Assembly: GCA_040954595.2 (NCBI GenBank) | Contig: CM082580.2 | Span: 548,783-612,782, forward strand | Direction: 5' to 3' | Source: Balanoglossus misakiensis | Lineage: Eukaryota > Animalia > Hemichordata | DNA: 64,000 nucleotides | In this document: piece after piece, positions 1 to 9,460 of the stretch | Position numbering within the stretch: position 1 is the stretch's first letter | Layout of the letters: each line of letters starts with the position of its first letter | The notes under the pieces: generated by a model | What the model was told of the DNA's origin: nothing | The model's database searches: none | What the model saw: only the letters and a program-made list of their open reading frames with translations | Translations under genes and position numbers: made by a program

Positions 1-531
1 CCTTTTTTTTATGTGACATTCACATTTCTCTACTTGATTTGACATTTTTCACTGTTTTTTTCCCCTAGGTTAGACAATTTTTGACTGCTTCATTTAATTA
101 GACATTTTTTCCAATGATTTTTTTATTTCAGTTTACACGTTCTTCAGTGATACATTTTATATTTAACATTTCTTTAGTATTTTGTACCATTCAACATAAT
201 TTATACTTGTTACTGTTCTCTTTATTTACTTTGACATTTTTTACTGCTTCCATTACATTTTTTATTGCGTCATTCAATTTCATTTCTTTAAAACAATTTA
301 TATGCAACACAACTCATTCCCATTGTTATATTTATTACTTTACATGATTTATAATTAAACTACAGAAAACGTACACTGCCTGCTCCCTTCTTTCGTGCTT
401 AAACATTGAATTTCAGTATGCTGCCCAATTCAGCAAAATAGACACTGGATGCCTTACCTACCTCTGCTACTGTGGCACCCCTCATCTCCGTACTCCACTG
501 TTTAAATGGGACCACAGTGTCCTTGACGCTA
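1..531 (+). mobile_element. 3' part of a Helentron-family element (truncated by window edge); shares its 28-bp terminus with the HINEs at 24224 and 26796
   Basis: 504-531 aaatgggaccacagtgtccttgacgcta is identical to 25691-25718 and 27786-27813 and is followed by the satellite T-run. Sequence upstream of 504 does not resemble the HINE bodies. Confidence 0.55.
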
Positions 532-3235
532 TTTTTGATGATTTTCACCCATATTATTTTTCAAAAACCGACGAAATTTTGAAATTTTGCAGTCGAAAAT
601 TTGTCATTTTTTGATGATTTTCACCCATGTTTTTTTTTTAAAATGGACGAAATTTTGAGATTTTGCAAAGACGAAAATTTGTCATTTTTTGATGATTTTA
701 ACCCATGATTTTTTTTCAAAAATGGACGAAATTTTGAGATTTTGCAAAGTCGAAAATTTGTCATTTTTTGATGATTTTCACCCATGATTTTTTTCAAAAA
801 TCGACGAAATGTTGAGATTTTGCAAAGTCGAAAATTTGTCATTTTTTGATGATTTTCACCCATGATTTTTTTCAAAAATCGACGAAATTGTGAAATTTTG
901 CAAAGTCGATAATTTGTCATTTTTTGTTGATTTTCCCCCAATGGTTTTTTTCAAAATCGACGAAATTTTGAGAATTTGCAAAGTCGAAAATTTGTCATTT
1001 TTTGATGATTTTCCCCCATGTTTTTTTTTTAAAATGGACGAAATTTTGAGATTTTGCAAAGTCGAAAATTTGTCATTTTTTGATTATTTTCACCCATGAT
1101 TTTTTTCAAAAATCGACGAAATGTTGAGATTTTGCAAAGTCGAAAATTTGTAATTTTTTGATGATTTTCACACATGATTTTTTTCAAAAATCGACGAAAT
1201 TGTGAGATTTTGCAAAGTCGATAATTTGTCATTATTTGATGATTTTCCCCCAATGGTTTTTTTCAAAATCGACGAAATTTTGAGATTTTGCAAAGTCGAA
1301 AATTTGTCATTTTTTGATGATTTTCCCCCATGTTTTTTTTTTAAAATGGACGAAATTTTGAGATTTTGCAAAGTCGAAAATTTGTCATTTTTTGATGATT
1401 TTCACCCATGATTTTTTTAAAAAATCGACGAAATTGTGAGATTTTGCAAAGTCAAAAATTTGTCATTTTTTGATGATTTTCACCCATGTTTTTTTTTTAA
1501 AAAAACGACGAACCTATGATTTTTTTTCAAAATCGACGAAATTTTGAGATTTTGCAAAGTCGAAAATTTGTCATTTTTTGATGATTTTCCCCAATGATTT
1601 TTTTCAAAAATCGACGAAATGTTGAGATTTTGCAAAGTCGAAAATTTGTCATTTTTTGATGATTTTCTCCCATGATTTTTTTTCAAAAATCGACGAAATT
1701 GTGAGATTTTGCAAAGTCGAAAATTTGTCATTTTTTGATGATTTTCACCCATGTTTTTTTTTTAAATCGACGAACCTATGATTTTTTTTTAAATCGACGA
1801 AATTTTGAGATTTTGCAAAGTCGAAAATTTGTCATTTTTTGATGATTTTCACCCATGATTTTTTTCAAAAATCGACGAAATTGTGAGATTTTGCAAAGTC
1901 GATAATTTTGTCATTTTTTGATGATTTTCAACCATATTATTTTTCAAAAACCGACGAAATTTTGAGATTTTGCATAGACGAAAATTTGTCATTTTTTGAT
2001 GATTTTTACCCATGATTTTTTTTCAAAAATGGACGAAATTTTGAGATTTTGCAAAGTCGAAAATTTGTCATTTTTTGATGATTTTCACCCATGATTTTTT
2101 TCAAAAATCGACGAAATGTTGAGATTTTGCAAAGTCGAAAATTTGTCATTTTTTGATGATTTTCACCCATGATTTTTTTCAAAAATCGACGAAATTGTGA
2201 GATTTTGCAAAGTCGATAATTTGTCATTTTTTGATGATTTTCCCCCATGTTTTTTTTTAAAATCGACGAAATTTTGAGAATTTGCAAAGTCGAAAATTTG
2301 TCATTTTTTGATGATTTTCACCCATGATTTTTTTCAAAAATCGACGAAATTGTGAGATTTTGCAAAGTCAAAAATTTGTCATTTTTTGATGATTTTCATC
2401 CATGTTTTTTTTTTAAAAAAAAGACGAACCTATGATTTTTTTCAAAATCGACGAAATTTTGAGATTTTGCAAAGTCGAAAATTTTGTCATTTTTTGATGA
2501 TTTTCACCCATGATTTTTTCAAAAATTGACGAAATTTTGAGATTTTGCAAAGTCGAAAATTTGTCATTTTTTGATGATTTTCACCCATGATTTTTTTCAA
2601 AAATCGACGAAATGTTGAGATTTTGCAAAGTCGAAAATTTGTCATTTTTTGATGATTTTCACCCAAGATTTTTTTCAAAAATCGACGAAATGTTGAGATT
2701 TTGCAAAGTCGAAAATTTGTCATTTTTTGATGATTTTCATCCATGATTTTTTTCAAAAATCGACGAAATGTTGAGATTTTTCAGTCAAAAATTTGTCATT
2801 TTTTGATGATTTTCACCTATGATTTTTTTCAAAAATCGACGAAATGTTGAGATTTTGCAAAGTCGAAAATTTGTCATTTTTTGATGATTTTCTCCCATGA
2901 TTTTTTTCAAAAATCGACGAAATTGTGAGATTTTGCAAAGTCGAAAATTTGTCATTTTTTGATGATTTTCCCCCATGTTTTTTTTTTTAAATCGACGAAC
3001 CTATGATTTTTTTCAAAATCGACGAAATTTTGAGATTTTGCAAAGTCGAAAATTTGTCATTTTTTGATGATTTTCACCCATGATTTTTTTCAAAAATCGA
3101 CGAAATGTTGAGATTTTGCAAAGTCGATAATTTGTCATTTTTTGATGATTTTCCCCCAATGGTTTTTTTCAAAAATCGACGAAATTGTGAGATTTTGCAA
3201 AGTCGATAATTTGTCATTTTTTAATGATTTTCCCC
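532..3235. repeat. 78-bp tandem satellite array, segment 1
   Basis: Consensus catgatttttttcaaaaatcgacgaaattttgagattttgcaaagtcgaaaatttgtcattttttgatgattttcacc. The 26-aa periodicity in the ORF track equals 78 bp. A 312-bp (4-mer) local repeat is visible (ORFs at 856 and 1168). Confidence 0.97.
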
Positions 3236-3341
3236 AATTATTTGAGATCTCTCTAACACACAAAACAAGGACACAGGTTTGGCAGCTGAAGGCAAGAGCC
3301 ATTATTTATTTGCGTGAACTGGGTGCTCTTGCAGGCCCAAC
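3236..3341 (-). repeat. Split direct repeat B2 (3' terminus of element)
   Basis: 106 bp matching 3654-3759 with 4 substitutions (3241, 3265, 3312, 3324). Confidence 0.9.
3305..3310 (-). promoter_or_regulatory. Candidate AATAAA polyadenylation signal in B2 (also in B1 at 3723-3728)
   Basis: tttatt on + is AATAAA on the element sense strand, about 70 nt before the element 3' end, inside a gcaagagc/gctcttgc stem. Confidence 0.45.
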
Positions 3342-3474
3342 ACAACTGGGAATAACAACTCGCAATGATGAAAGGACCATTGCAAAATACATGGATGAAA
3401 AAGGTTACAATCGTGAAGTACAGTATTGACCAGAGAACCACTGTAAATCTGCAAATACACATCTTATTTGTTGA

Positions 3475-3490
3475 GGGCGGGCGGGTGGGG
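3475..3490 (+). other. Canonical G-quadruplex motif GGGCGGGCGGGTGGGG abutting repeat A2
   Basis: Four G-tracts of 3-4 nt with 1-nt loops, ending at the A2 boundary. Confidence 0.6.
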
Positions 3491-3653
3491 AAATTGAGGC
3501 AGTGAGAGCGAGCATTGCAGGACACGCTCAGAACCCTTGAAGTGGTCGTGAGTGATGGATTATGGGATTTTTGAGGCTCGTTTGAGGTTGAGGGCGCCCC
3601 TTTTCGAGTTGCTTAATTGGGTAACATTATGCCGTTGATCGCAATGTTACCTA
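3490..3653 (-). repeat. Split direct repeat A2
   Basis: 164 bp matching 20435-20598 with 4 substitutions (3503, 3515, 3530, 3546). Contains the ggtaacatt/aatgttacc inverted repeat at 3620-3651. Confidence 0.9.
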
Positions 3654-3759
3654 AATTACTTGAGATCTCTCTAACACACAAACCAAGGACACAGGTTTGG
3701 CAGCTGAAGGCAAGAGCCATTATTTATTTACGTGAACTGGGGGCTCTTGCAGGCCCAAC
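3654..3759 (-). repeat. Split direct repeat B1 (B1-A2 junction at 3654/3653)
   Basis: 106 bp, identical to 9311-9416 and 14956-15061. Confidence 0.9.
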
Positions 3760-3803
3760 CACTGCCAAACCCGGTCCGCCTCTCTGCTAGTGCCACAGTA
3801 AAA

Positions 3804-4829
3804 TCAGTGTGACGCGGAGATGTCTTTAAGATGCTGACCCATTTGAAAGGACACCAGATAACGAGTCTGAAATGGAATGTTAAGATAACGGAGATACGCG
3901 CTGGATTGCCAATCCCCTTGGAGTTTGATAAGCTCCCCAGGGACCCCACTTTCGAATGCAAAGGTTGCACCCCCACGACGGAGGCTGTGACCTGAGTACA
4001 TGTCAGCAGGAAAGCCTGCCCTCTGAACTAAACATTTGATACTTTTCACCAGCCCTGAATGGGTCAAGGGGACCAATTTGCCACATTTGGGAAAAACAAA
4101 TGCTGGGCTAGAGGGTGGGGCTGGGATGATCTCACACATGTGATTGTATGCCTGTAAAGGGCACAACACCGAACCTGGAATGTGGGCAAGTGGAATAGTC
4201 AAACAGCGTTCGCGAAACTGAATGGTTTTTGACCAAGTCACGCCGATTATAAGGCCAGAATCTGAGGAAATGACTTTACCCCTACAGAGGTGTTTAGCCG
4301 GATCAAAGTCGGTTGCAGACTTCGGAACAAGATTTGACTTGCGAAAAAAGGAGAAAAACCCTATCAAAAGGCATGCCCACAAAGTAACATCGAATGGAAC
4401 AGCCACATCTAGAAGCCCGAAAAACTGTAGCAACAACTGGGGGGTGATGGGTAATTTCTGCCTCACTGGCTGGAAAGTGCTACGGGAAAGACATTTCAAA
4501 AGTAATTTGACAACATACTGATCAGCGGCCAATGGCGTGAAGCCATGGATTCTATGCAAGGTACGAATTGCGTACAAATAATTCTGAATGGTGCCAGTAG
4601 CAGTTACTGATCTTGCAAGAAACTGGATAAATCTACACACTGTAAGAACAGATGCTGGAACAGGAGTAAAATTGAAAAACTGACAAAACAGGAAGTAACT
4701 CTTCAACTGTGACGACAAATTCCGACGAGTTCCTTCCGCTAATGCTGACCTCATTGAGATAGCGATTTGAGCGTCTAAGGCTTGGATAGTTTGGCAGTGA
4801 TCTGAAATAAAAATAAAATCAGTCACCAC
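3804..4829 (-). CDS. Tyrosine recombinase (YR), unit 1, intact 341-aa ORF
   Basis: Catalytic motifs FFRKSN (R), WSKT (K), HSLRRGGAT (HxxR), GDWQS (W) and YLRY (Y), plus an N-terminal core-binding-like region (TIQNYLYAIRTLH). The annotated start is GTG, so the true start is uncertain. Confidence 0.92.
   Translation of the reverse strand: MVTDFIFISDHCQTIQALDAQIAISMRSALAEGTRRNLSSQLKSYFLFCQFFNFTPVPASVLTVCRFIQFLARSVTATGTIQNYLYAIRTLHRIHGFTPLAADQYVVKLLLKCLSRSTFQPVRQKLPITPQLLLQFFGLLDVAVPFDVTLWACLLIGFFSFFRKSNLVPKSATDFDPAKHLCRGKVISSDSGLIIGVTWSKTIQFRERCLTIPLAHIPGSVLCPLQAYNHMCEIIPAPPSSPAFVFPKCGKLVPLTHSGLVKSIKCLVQRAGFPADMYSGHSLRRGGATFAFESGVPGELIKLQGDWQSSAYLRYLNIPFQTRYLVSFQMGQHLKDISASH
4802..4824 (-). promoter_or_regulatory. 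Candidate 3' splice acceptor for the YR exon
   Basis: Minus strand GACTGATTTTATTTTTATTTCAG|AT shows a branch-like CTGAT, a pyrimidine-rich tract and CAG, in phase 1 of the YR frame. Conserved in units 2 and 3. Confidence 0.55.
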
Positions 4830-7162
4830 TCATTGAGAAAGCGAATGTCATCCTCGGCGACTGGGTGCTCGGTCATTTGAGAAATATTAACAGATGATTT
4901 GAAGAGTTGCTCATAACTTGGGTCAAGATGCCAGCGACTGAGCGCATCAGCCAGCCGGTTCTCGGTGCCTGCGATGTGCACAGCACGTAGCTCAAACTCG
5001 TGAATCGCTGCTACCAGCCATAATTCCCTCAAGCAAGACAGCATTAGTTTATCCCTAGCTCTACCGGTATTAATGACCCAAACTGTTGCCTGGTTGTCGC
5101 AAGAGACCTGTATTTTCTTTCCAGACCATCTATCACCCCAAATTTTTGCCGCTATAGTAATAGTGAGTAATTCGAGGGCATTAATGTGAGGGTCCCCAAC
5201 CTTTACAAAGTCAGGGAACTCCACGTGGAAATACTCGTTGTCGCAAAGCCCCCCTCCCCCTGTTGGGCATGCATCCGAAGAAAATATTTCATCTGGCGGG
5301 CACCAACCTGACTCTTTAATGAGAGACACCCCATTATAAACCCTAATGAAATTAATCCACCACCGTAGATCTGCCTTGAAATCACTGTTTAGATAGATAT
5401 GGTAGTGATTGCGGGTGACGGTACGCAACACATCTAGCATTCTCGCCAGGAATAGCCTACCAGGCTTGACACATTTGGCAATAAAGGAAAGCTTGCCTAT
5501 GAGTGATTGCAGCTCGCGCTTAGTTGCTTTTGTTTTAGTGACCCATACACCCAGCTCTTGCTCTATTTCATTAAGCCGGTCAGGAGTAACTTCCATAGTC
5601 ATTGTAAGGGAGTTCAACTGGATTCCAAGAAAAGTCATGATTGATGACGGGGGCACCGCTTTGTGTTTGGCTTCTTGCAAACCCAGTCTATCCAGCGTGT
5701 CACCTACCTCCGCAAATGCCTTGTGGGCTTTGTTGGAGGTCTCTGCACCACCGAAGTCGTCAAGGTAATTAACACAGTCATACCCTTTCGTGGAATAGAT
5801 ATAAGAAACCGCATTAGTGGTGCGCTGGCAGGCTAGCGCTGCGGTTCGCAAGCCAAATGGCAATGTAAGGTCAAAGAACAATAAATTACGCCACGTGTAG
5901 CCCAGCAAATGGTAGTCCGCTGGATCGACTGGTATTTGCCGATAAGCTCTGCTTAAATCGCGCTTAAATAGGAGGCATCCCCTGCCCTTACGGGTCATCA
6001 TTGCAGTGAAATCATCAATGGAAGGATATTGAAGCTGAAAACTCTCCCCAAGATATTCCCCTTTGGGGATACCGTCATTTACTGAATGGTGGATTGGGGA
6101 ACTAAGATCAAAGACTATACGCCGATTAACACTATCTTTTTTTTCGACAGTCTGAATGGGGGAAGTACTGAGTGGTGTGGCAAGGGGGTTAGTTAAGAAC
6201 GGACCCGCTGTAGCCCCGGCTGCGACTTCGTTAATGATCCAGTTGTCGACATGCGCCGAGTAATTTATAGCTGATGGGTGGTTTTTCACTGTAGAGTATG
6301 GCAATTCTGAGGCTGTATAGTAGACGGGCCAACCATATTGTAGGTAATCGCAGATGATTTTGTCATCATATTGCTGCAATTCGGCTCGCCAAATTGGGAT
6401 TTGAAGATTTGATGAAACGGGTATTCTGCAAAATTGAGAATTTGGTAAACCTGATTCAACAACTATGTCATGAACGGTTATAACTTCTGTTAAATCAGGG
6501 GGTGACGCTTGTGGCCATGACGACGGGGGACAGACATCCCCGCCCACGGGAGTATCTGATAACTCAGAATACTGCATATCATTGCCCAGTGGATAAGTGT
6601 CTGGAACACTGTGATCAACAAGGGTGGGGTTGGGAGGCCCCATATTTGGAACATTTTCCACAGTAAACATATCACTAACAAAGACATCGTGGTCATCACT
6701 GATCATACCGTCAGATGAACCATGAGCGCTAATCTCACATGCAAATTCAGTGGTATCACCGACGGTATGGGCTAGTGATTCAATAGGGATTTGCTTGTCA
6801 AGATCAGTCTCAATATCAGGTTCTATCAAATCAACTGTATGAGTTTTACAAAGGTATTTGTCAACATTATCCCTGCTAACAGAGGTATCAAAACAACCTG
6901 TGTGTTCAGAGGCAACATTGGCAATGGTACATGTTACTGGCTCGTCAATCGAAAGCACTGGTTCAGAAATACTACTAGGGTTAACACTAGCATCCCGCAA
7001 AACCTCCGGGTTGCACATTGACAGGCTTCTTGAAATATCAATCTCCATGTCAGTTTGTACAGAGCGATCACACTTGTGCACTGCCTGATCTGTGATGCCC
7101 ATCAATGTATAAAAGTCATTGATATTACACTCCGTGCCTGCACTTTTGACTCTATGGTTCAA
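4823..7162 (-). CDS. Reverse transcriptase-RNase H, unit 1, intact (frame open from the duplication junction at about 7225)
   Basis: RT motifs KRDLSRAYRQIP, LPFGLRTA, NYLDDFGG and FLGI. RNase H motifs SSDAC, HINALEL, CDNQA and NRLADALSR. Confidence 0.95.
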   Translation of the reverse strand: MNHRVKSAGTECNINDFYTLMGITDQAVHKCDRSVQTDMEIDISRSLSMCNPEVLRDASVNPSSISEPVLSIDEPVTCTIANVASEHTGCFDTSVSRDNVDKYLCKTHTVDLIEPDIETDLDKQIPIESLAHTVGDTTEFACEISAHGSSDGMISDDHDVFVSDMFTVENVPNMGPPNPTLVDHSVPDTYPLGNDMQYSELSDTPVGGDVCPPSSWPQASPPDLTEVITVHDIVVESGLPNSQFCRIPVSSNLQIPIWRAELQQYDDKIICDYLQYGWPVYYTASELPYSTVKNHPSAINYSAHVDNWIINEVAAGATAGPFLTNPLATPLSTSPIQTVEKKDSVNRRIVFDLSSPIHHSVNDGIPKGEYLGESFQLQYPSIDDFTAMMTRKGRGCLLFKRDLSRAYRQIPVDPADYHLLGYTWRNLLFFDLTLPFGLRTAALACQRTTNAVSYIYSTKGYDCVNYLDDFGGAETSNKAHKAFAEVGDTLDRLGLQEAKHKAVPPSSIMTFLGIQLNSLTMTMEVTPDRLNEIEQELGVWVTKTKATKRELQSLIGKLSFIAKCVKPGRLFLARMLDVLRTVTRNHYHIYLNSDFKADLRWWINFIRVYNGVSLIKESGWCPPDEIFSSDACPTGGGGLCDNEYFHVEFPDFVKVGDPHINALELLTITIAAKIWGDRWSGKKIQVSCDNQATVWVINTGRARDKLMLSCLRELWLVAAIHEFELRAVHIAGTENRLADALSRWHLDPSYEQLFKSSVNISQMTEHPVAEDDIRFLNEW

Positions 7163-7957
7163 TTTAGGAATTAAATTGCTGTCACAGTCATGAGAGTCTT
7201 GTTTAGACTTATCTACCTCTGCTTTAAATCAAGGGGTGACGCTTGTGGCCATGACGACGGGGGACAGACATCCCCGCCCACGGGAGTATCTGATAACTCA
7301 GAATACTGCATATCATTGCCCAGTGGATAAGTGTCTGGAACACTGTGATCAACAAGGGTGGGGTTGGGAGGCCCCATATTTGGAACATTTTCCACAGTAA
7401 ACATATCACTAACAAAGACATCGTGGTCATCACTGATCATACCGTCAGATGAACCATGAGCGCTAATCTCACATGCAAATTCAGTGGTATCACCGACGGT
7501 ATGGGCTAGTGATTCAATAGGGATTTGCTTGTCAAGATCAGTCTCAATATCAGGTTCTATCAAATCAACTGTATGAGTTTTACAAAGGTATTTGTCAACA
7601 TTATCCCTGCTAACAGAGGTATCAAAACAACCTGTGTGTTCAGAGGCAACATTGGCAATGGTACATGTTACTGGCTCGTCAATCGAAAGCACTGGTTCAG
7701 AAATACTACTAGGGTTAACAATAGCATCCCGCAAAACCTCCGGGTTGCACATTGACAGGCTTCTTGAAATATCAATCTCCATGTCAGTTTGTACAGAGCG
7801 ATCACACTTGTGCACTGCCTGATCTGTGATGCCCATCAATGTATAAAAGTCATTGATATTACACTCCGTGCCTGCACTTTTGACTCTATGGTTCAATTTA
7901 GGAATTAAATTGCTGTCACAGTCATGAGAGTCTTGTTTAGACTTATCTACCTCTGCT
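6490..7957. repeat. 734-bp internal tandem duplication, unit 1 (6490-7223 / 7224-7957)
   Basis: Near-identical copies offset by 734 bp. The same ~245-aa acidic segment appears at the end of ORF1 and the start of the RT frame. Confidence 0.95.
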
Positions 7958-9129
7958 TTGCCAGAACTATCGGTCAACTTGTTGCTCTCTTGCTCTCTAA
8001 AGGCCTTATCCTTCCAGGGGCTGGCAATCTTGGGATGCTTGGCCAGGTTGTTACGCAACTTCATGCAGGCTTCACATATGTGTTTGAATGCGCAATCCTC
8101 CTTCTCGCACTTGTTACTTTGGTATTTGAAACATACATTAATCTGATCCTTCTTTTTGGATTTGTCCGCTGTTTTATCCCGTCTGATCTCGCCGATACGC
8201 GGCAGCAAATATAGCTCTCTCAGATCTGCGGTGTCATTTGCCCATGTTCTGAGTCCTGACTCCATGTCAGAGAGGAGCGCGCCCTCGAACTTCAAGATGG
8301 CGTCCCAGGGGAACAAATTGGCGTCTTTCATAAGCGACTGTAAGTGTTGTAATCGCTGCTGTTTCTCTGTGTCACTCAAAGTAGGAAGTTGCACTATCGC
8401 GAGATTACCTTCCACAAATTCCGCCATTGACATATCATCGAATTTTGGTGGGGCGCCCGAGAATGTCCGAGCCCTGACGAACATGTGCGGCCATAGGACG
8501 TGCTGTCGCACACGATCGGTTCTGGTGTTGAACCGCATCGATTTCATTGGTACGTTACCTGCTTTGCTCTGCGCTGCTGTGTATAAACCGGACTGTGCCA
8601 GGAGTTGGTTCGGTTGGAGGTCTTCACCGCCGCCAGCGGCCCCTGTCGCTGGTAGCCACGGACTGCCTGATGGTAACGACCACTGCAATTGTGAGTCTTC
8701 TTTCGCCATCCTCTTGAGATCGGGTAGCGTGAGTTGACTCAGGTCGTGACTTCTGGGACTTCCGCTCGAAGCAGCTGGCGGGCTGCGTCGTTCCTTCTCC
8801 AGTTTCATTTCTTTTAGTTGTTTTCTTAAATTGTCTACTTCAGATTGCTCCTGCAGTCTCGCTATCTCCGCCTGCAACTTCTCTTTCTCTGACCTCACAT
8901 CTTCCCCGTCAGATGAAGTGTCTTCTTCCTTGACAGGTTTGCTACATTTCCCGCCTTTCGAACGAGCTGACGCCATTGGTACTTTGGAAAGTTTGGTGGG
9001 GGGGACCACGCGAACTTTTCGACCGGTCGATGCTCTTGTCGTAGTCTTACTGCGGGTTGCAGGTCCCTTTTTGGCGACTGGACTGGGCTCTATTCCCAAA
9101 TCCAGCAGCTGTTGTTCAGCGTTCTCCAT
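7213..9129 (-). CDS. ORF1 Gag-like protein, unit 1 (638 aa)
   Basis: Coiled-coil-like segment (KEKLQAEIARLQEQSEVDNLRKQLKEM), WPH motif, and a C-x7-C-x4-C-x3-H / C-x2-C...H zinc-finger region. Starts 18 bp after repeat A. The last putative zinc ligand is Ser in this copy. Confidence 0.8.
   Translation of the reverse strand: MENAEQQLLDLGIEPSPVAKKGPATRSKTTTRASTGRKVRVVPPTKLSKVPMASARSKGGKCSKPVKEEDTSSDGEDVRSEKEKLQAEIARLQEQSEVDNLRKQLKEMKLEKERRSPPAASSGSPRSHDLSQLTLPDLKRMAKEDSQLQWSLPSGSPWLPATGAAGGGEDLQPNQLLAQSGLYTAAQSKAGNVPMKSMRFNTRTDRVRQHVLWPHMFVRARTFSGAPPKFDDMSMAEFVEGNLAIVQLPTLSDTEKQQRLQHLQSLMKDANLFPWDAILKFEGALLSDMESGLRTWANDTADLRELYLLPRIGEIRRDKTADKSKKKDQINVCFKYQSNKCEKEDCAFKHICEACMKLRNNLAKHPKIASPWKDKAFREQESNKLTDSSGKAEVDKSKQDSHDCDSNLIPKLNHRVKSAGTECNINDFYTLMGITDQAVHKCDRSVQTDMEIDISRSLSMCNPEVLRDAIVNPSSISEPVLSIDEPVTCTIANVASEHTGCFDTSVSRDNVDKYLCKTHTVDLIEPDIETDLDKQIPIESLAHTVGDTTEFACEISAHGSSDGMISDDHDVFVSDMFTVENVPNMGPPNPTLVDHSVPDTYPLGNDMQYSELSDTPVGGDVCPPSSWPQASPLDLKQR
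7222..7228 (-). promoter_or_regulatory. Candidate -1 ribosomal frameshift heptamer U_UUA_AAG (also 12867-12873 and 18510-18516)
   Basis: ORF1 reads GAT TTA AAG CAG AGG TAG. The -1 frame reads TTT AAA GCA GAG GTA GAT (FKAEVD...) and is continuous with the RT ORF. Confidence 0.4.
8553..8561 (-). promoter_or_regulatory. Candidate 5' splice donor CAG|GTAACG in ORF1
   Basis: Phase-1 donor after 190 codons plus G, matching the phase of the acceptor at 4802. Conserved at 14203 and 19846. Confidence 0.5.
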
Positions 9130-9146
9130 AATAACGGTGAGAAATT

Positions 9147-9416
9147 GAAATTGAGGCAGAGAGAGCGTGCACTGCAGGACACGCTCCGAACCCTTGAAGT
9201 GGCCGTGAGTGATGGATTATGGGATTTTTGAGGCTCGTTTGAGGTTGAGGGCGCCCCTTTTCGAGTTGCTTAATTGGGTAACATTATGCCGTTGATCGCA
9301 ATGTTACCTAAATTACTTGAGATCTCTCTAACACACAAACCAAGGACACAGGTTTGGCAGCTGAAGGCAAGAGCCATTATTTATTTACGTGAACTGGGGG
9401 CTCTTGCAGGCCCAAC
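9147..9416 (-). repeat. Internal B-A junction between units 2 and 1 (A 9147-9310, B 9311-9416)
   Basis: A1-type A alleles joined to B1-type B alleles; no spacer and no B2. Confidence 0.9.
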
Positions 9417-9460
9417 CACTGCCAAACCCGGTCCGCCTCTCTGCTAGTGCCACAGTAAAA

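Noticed and set aside
114-620. 77-aa Phe-rich ORF (114-347) and a start-less open frame from about 364 into the satellite
   Set aside because: The first is T-rich low-complexity sequence. The second crosses the element end and shows no recognisable motif.
3142-3429. 95-aa ORF running from satellite through B2 into the spacer
   Set aside because: It is chimeric across an insertion junction and has no recognisable domain. A captured coding fragment in the spacer cannot be supported without a database search.
4104-4126. G4-like tract inside the YR gene
   Set aside because: It is explained by the Pro-rich codons of PAPPSSPA on the coding strand.
3804-9129. Prokaryotic retron/DGR/integron-type RT plus integrase system
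   Set aside because: The RT-RNase H, zinc-finger Gag-like ORF, YR order and split direct repeats match eukaryotic DIRS-order retrotransposons. The 734-bp repeat copies show no adenine-specific variation as in a DGR TR/VR pair.
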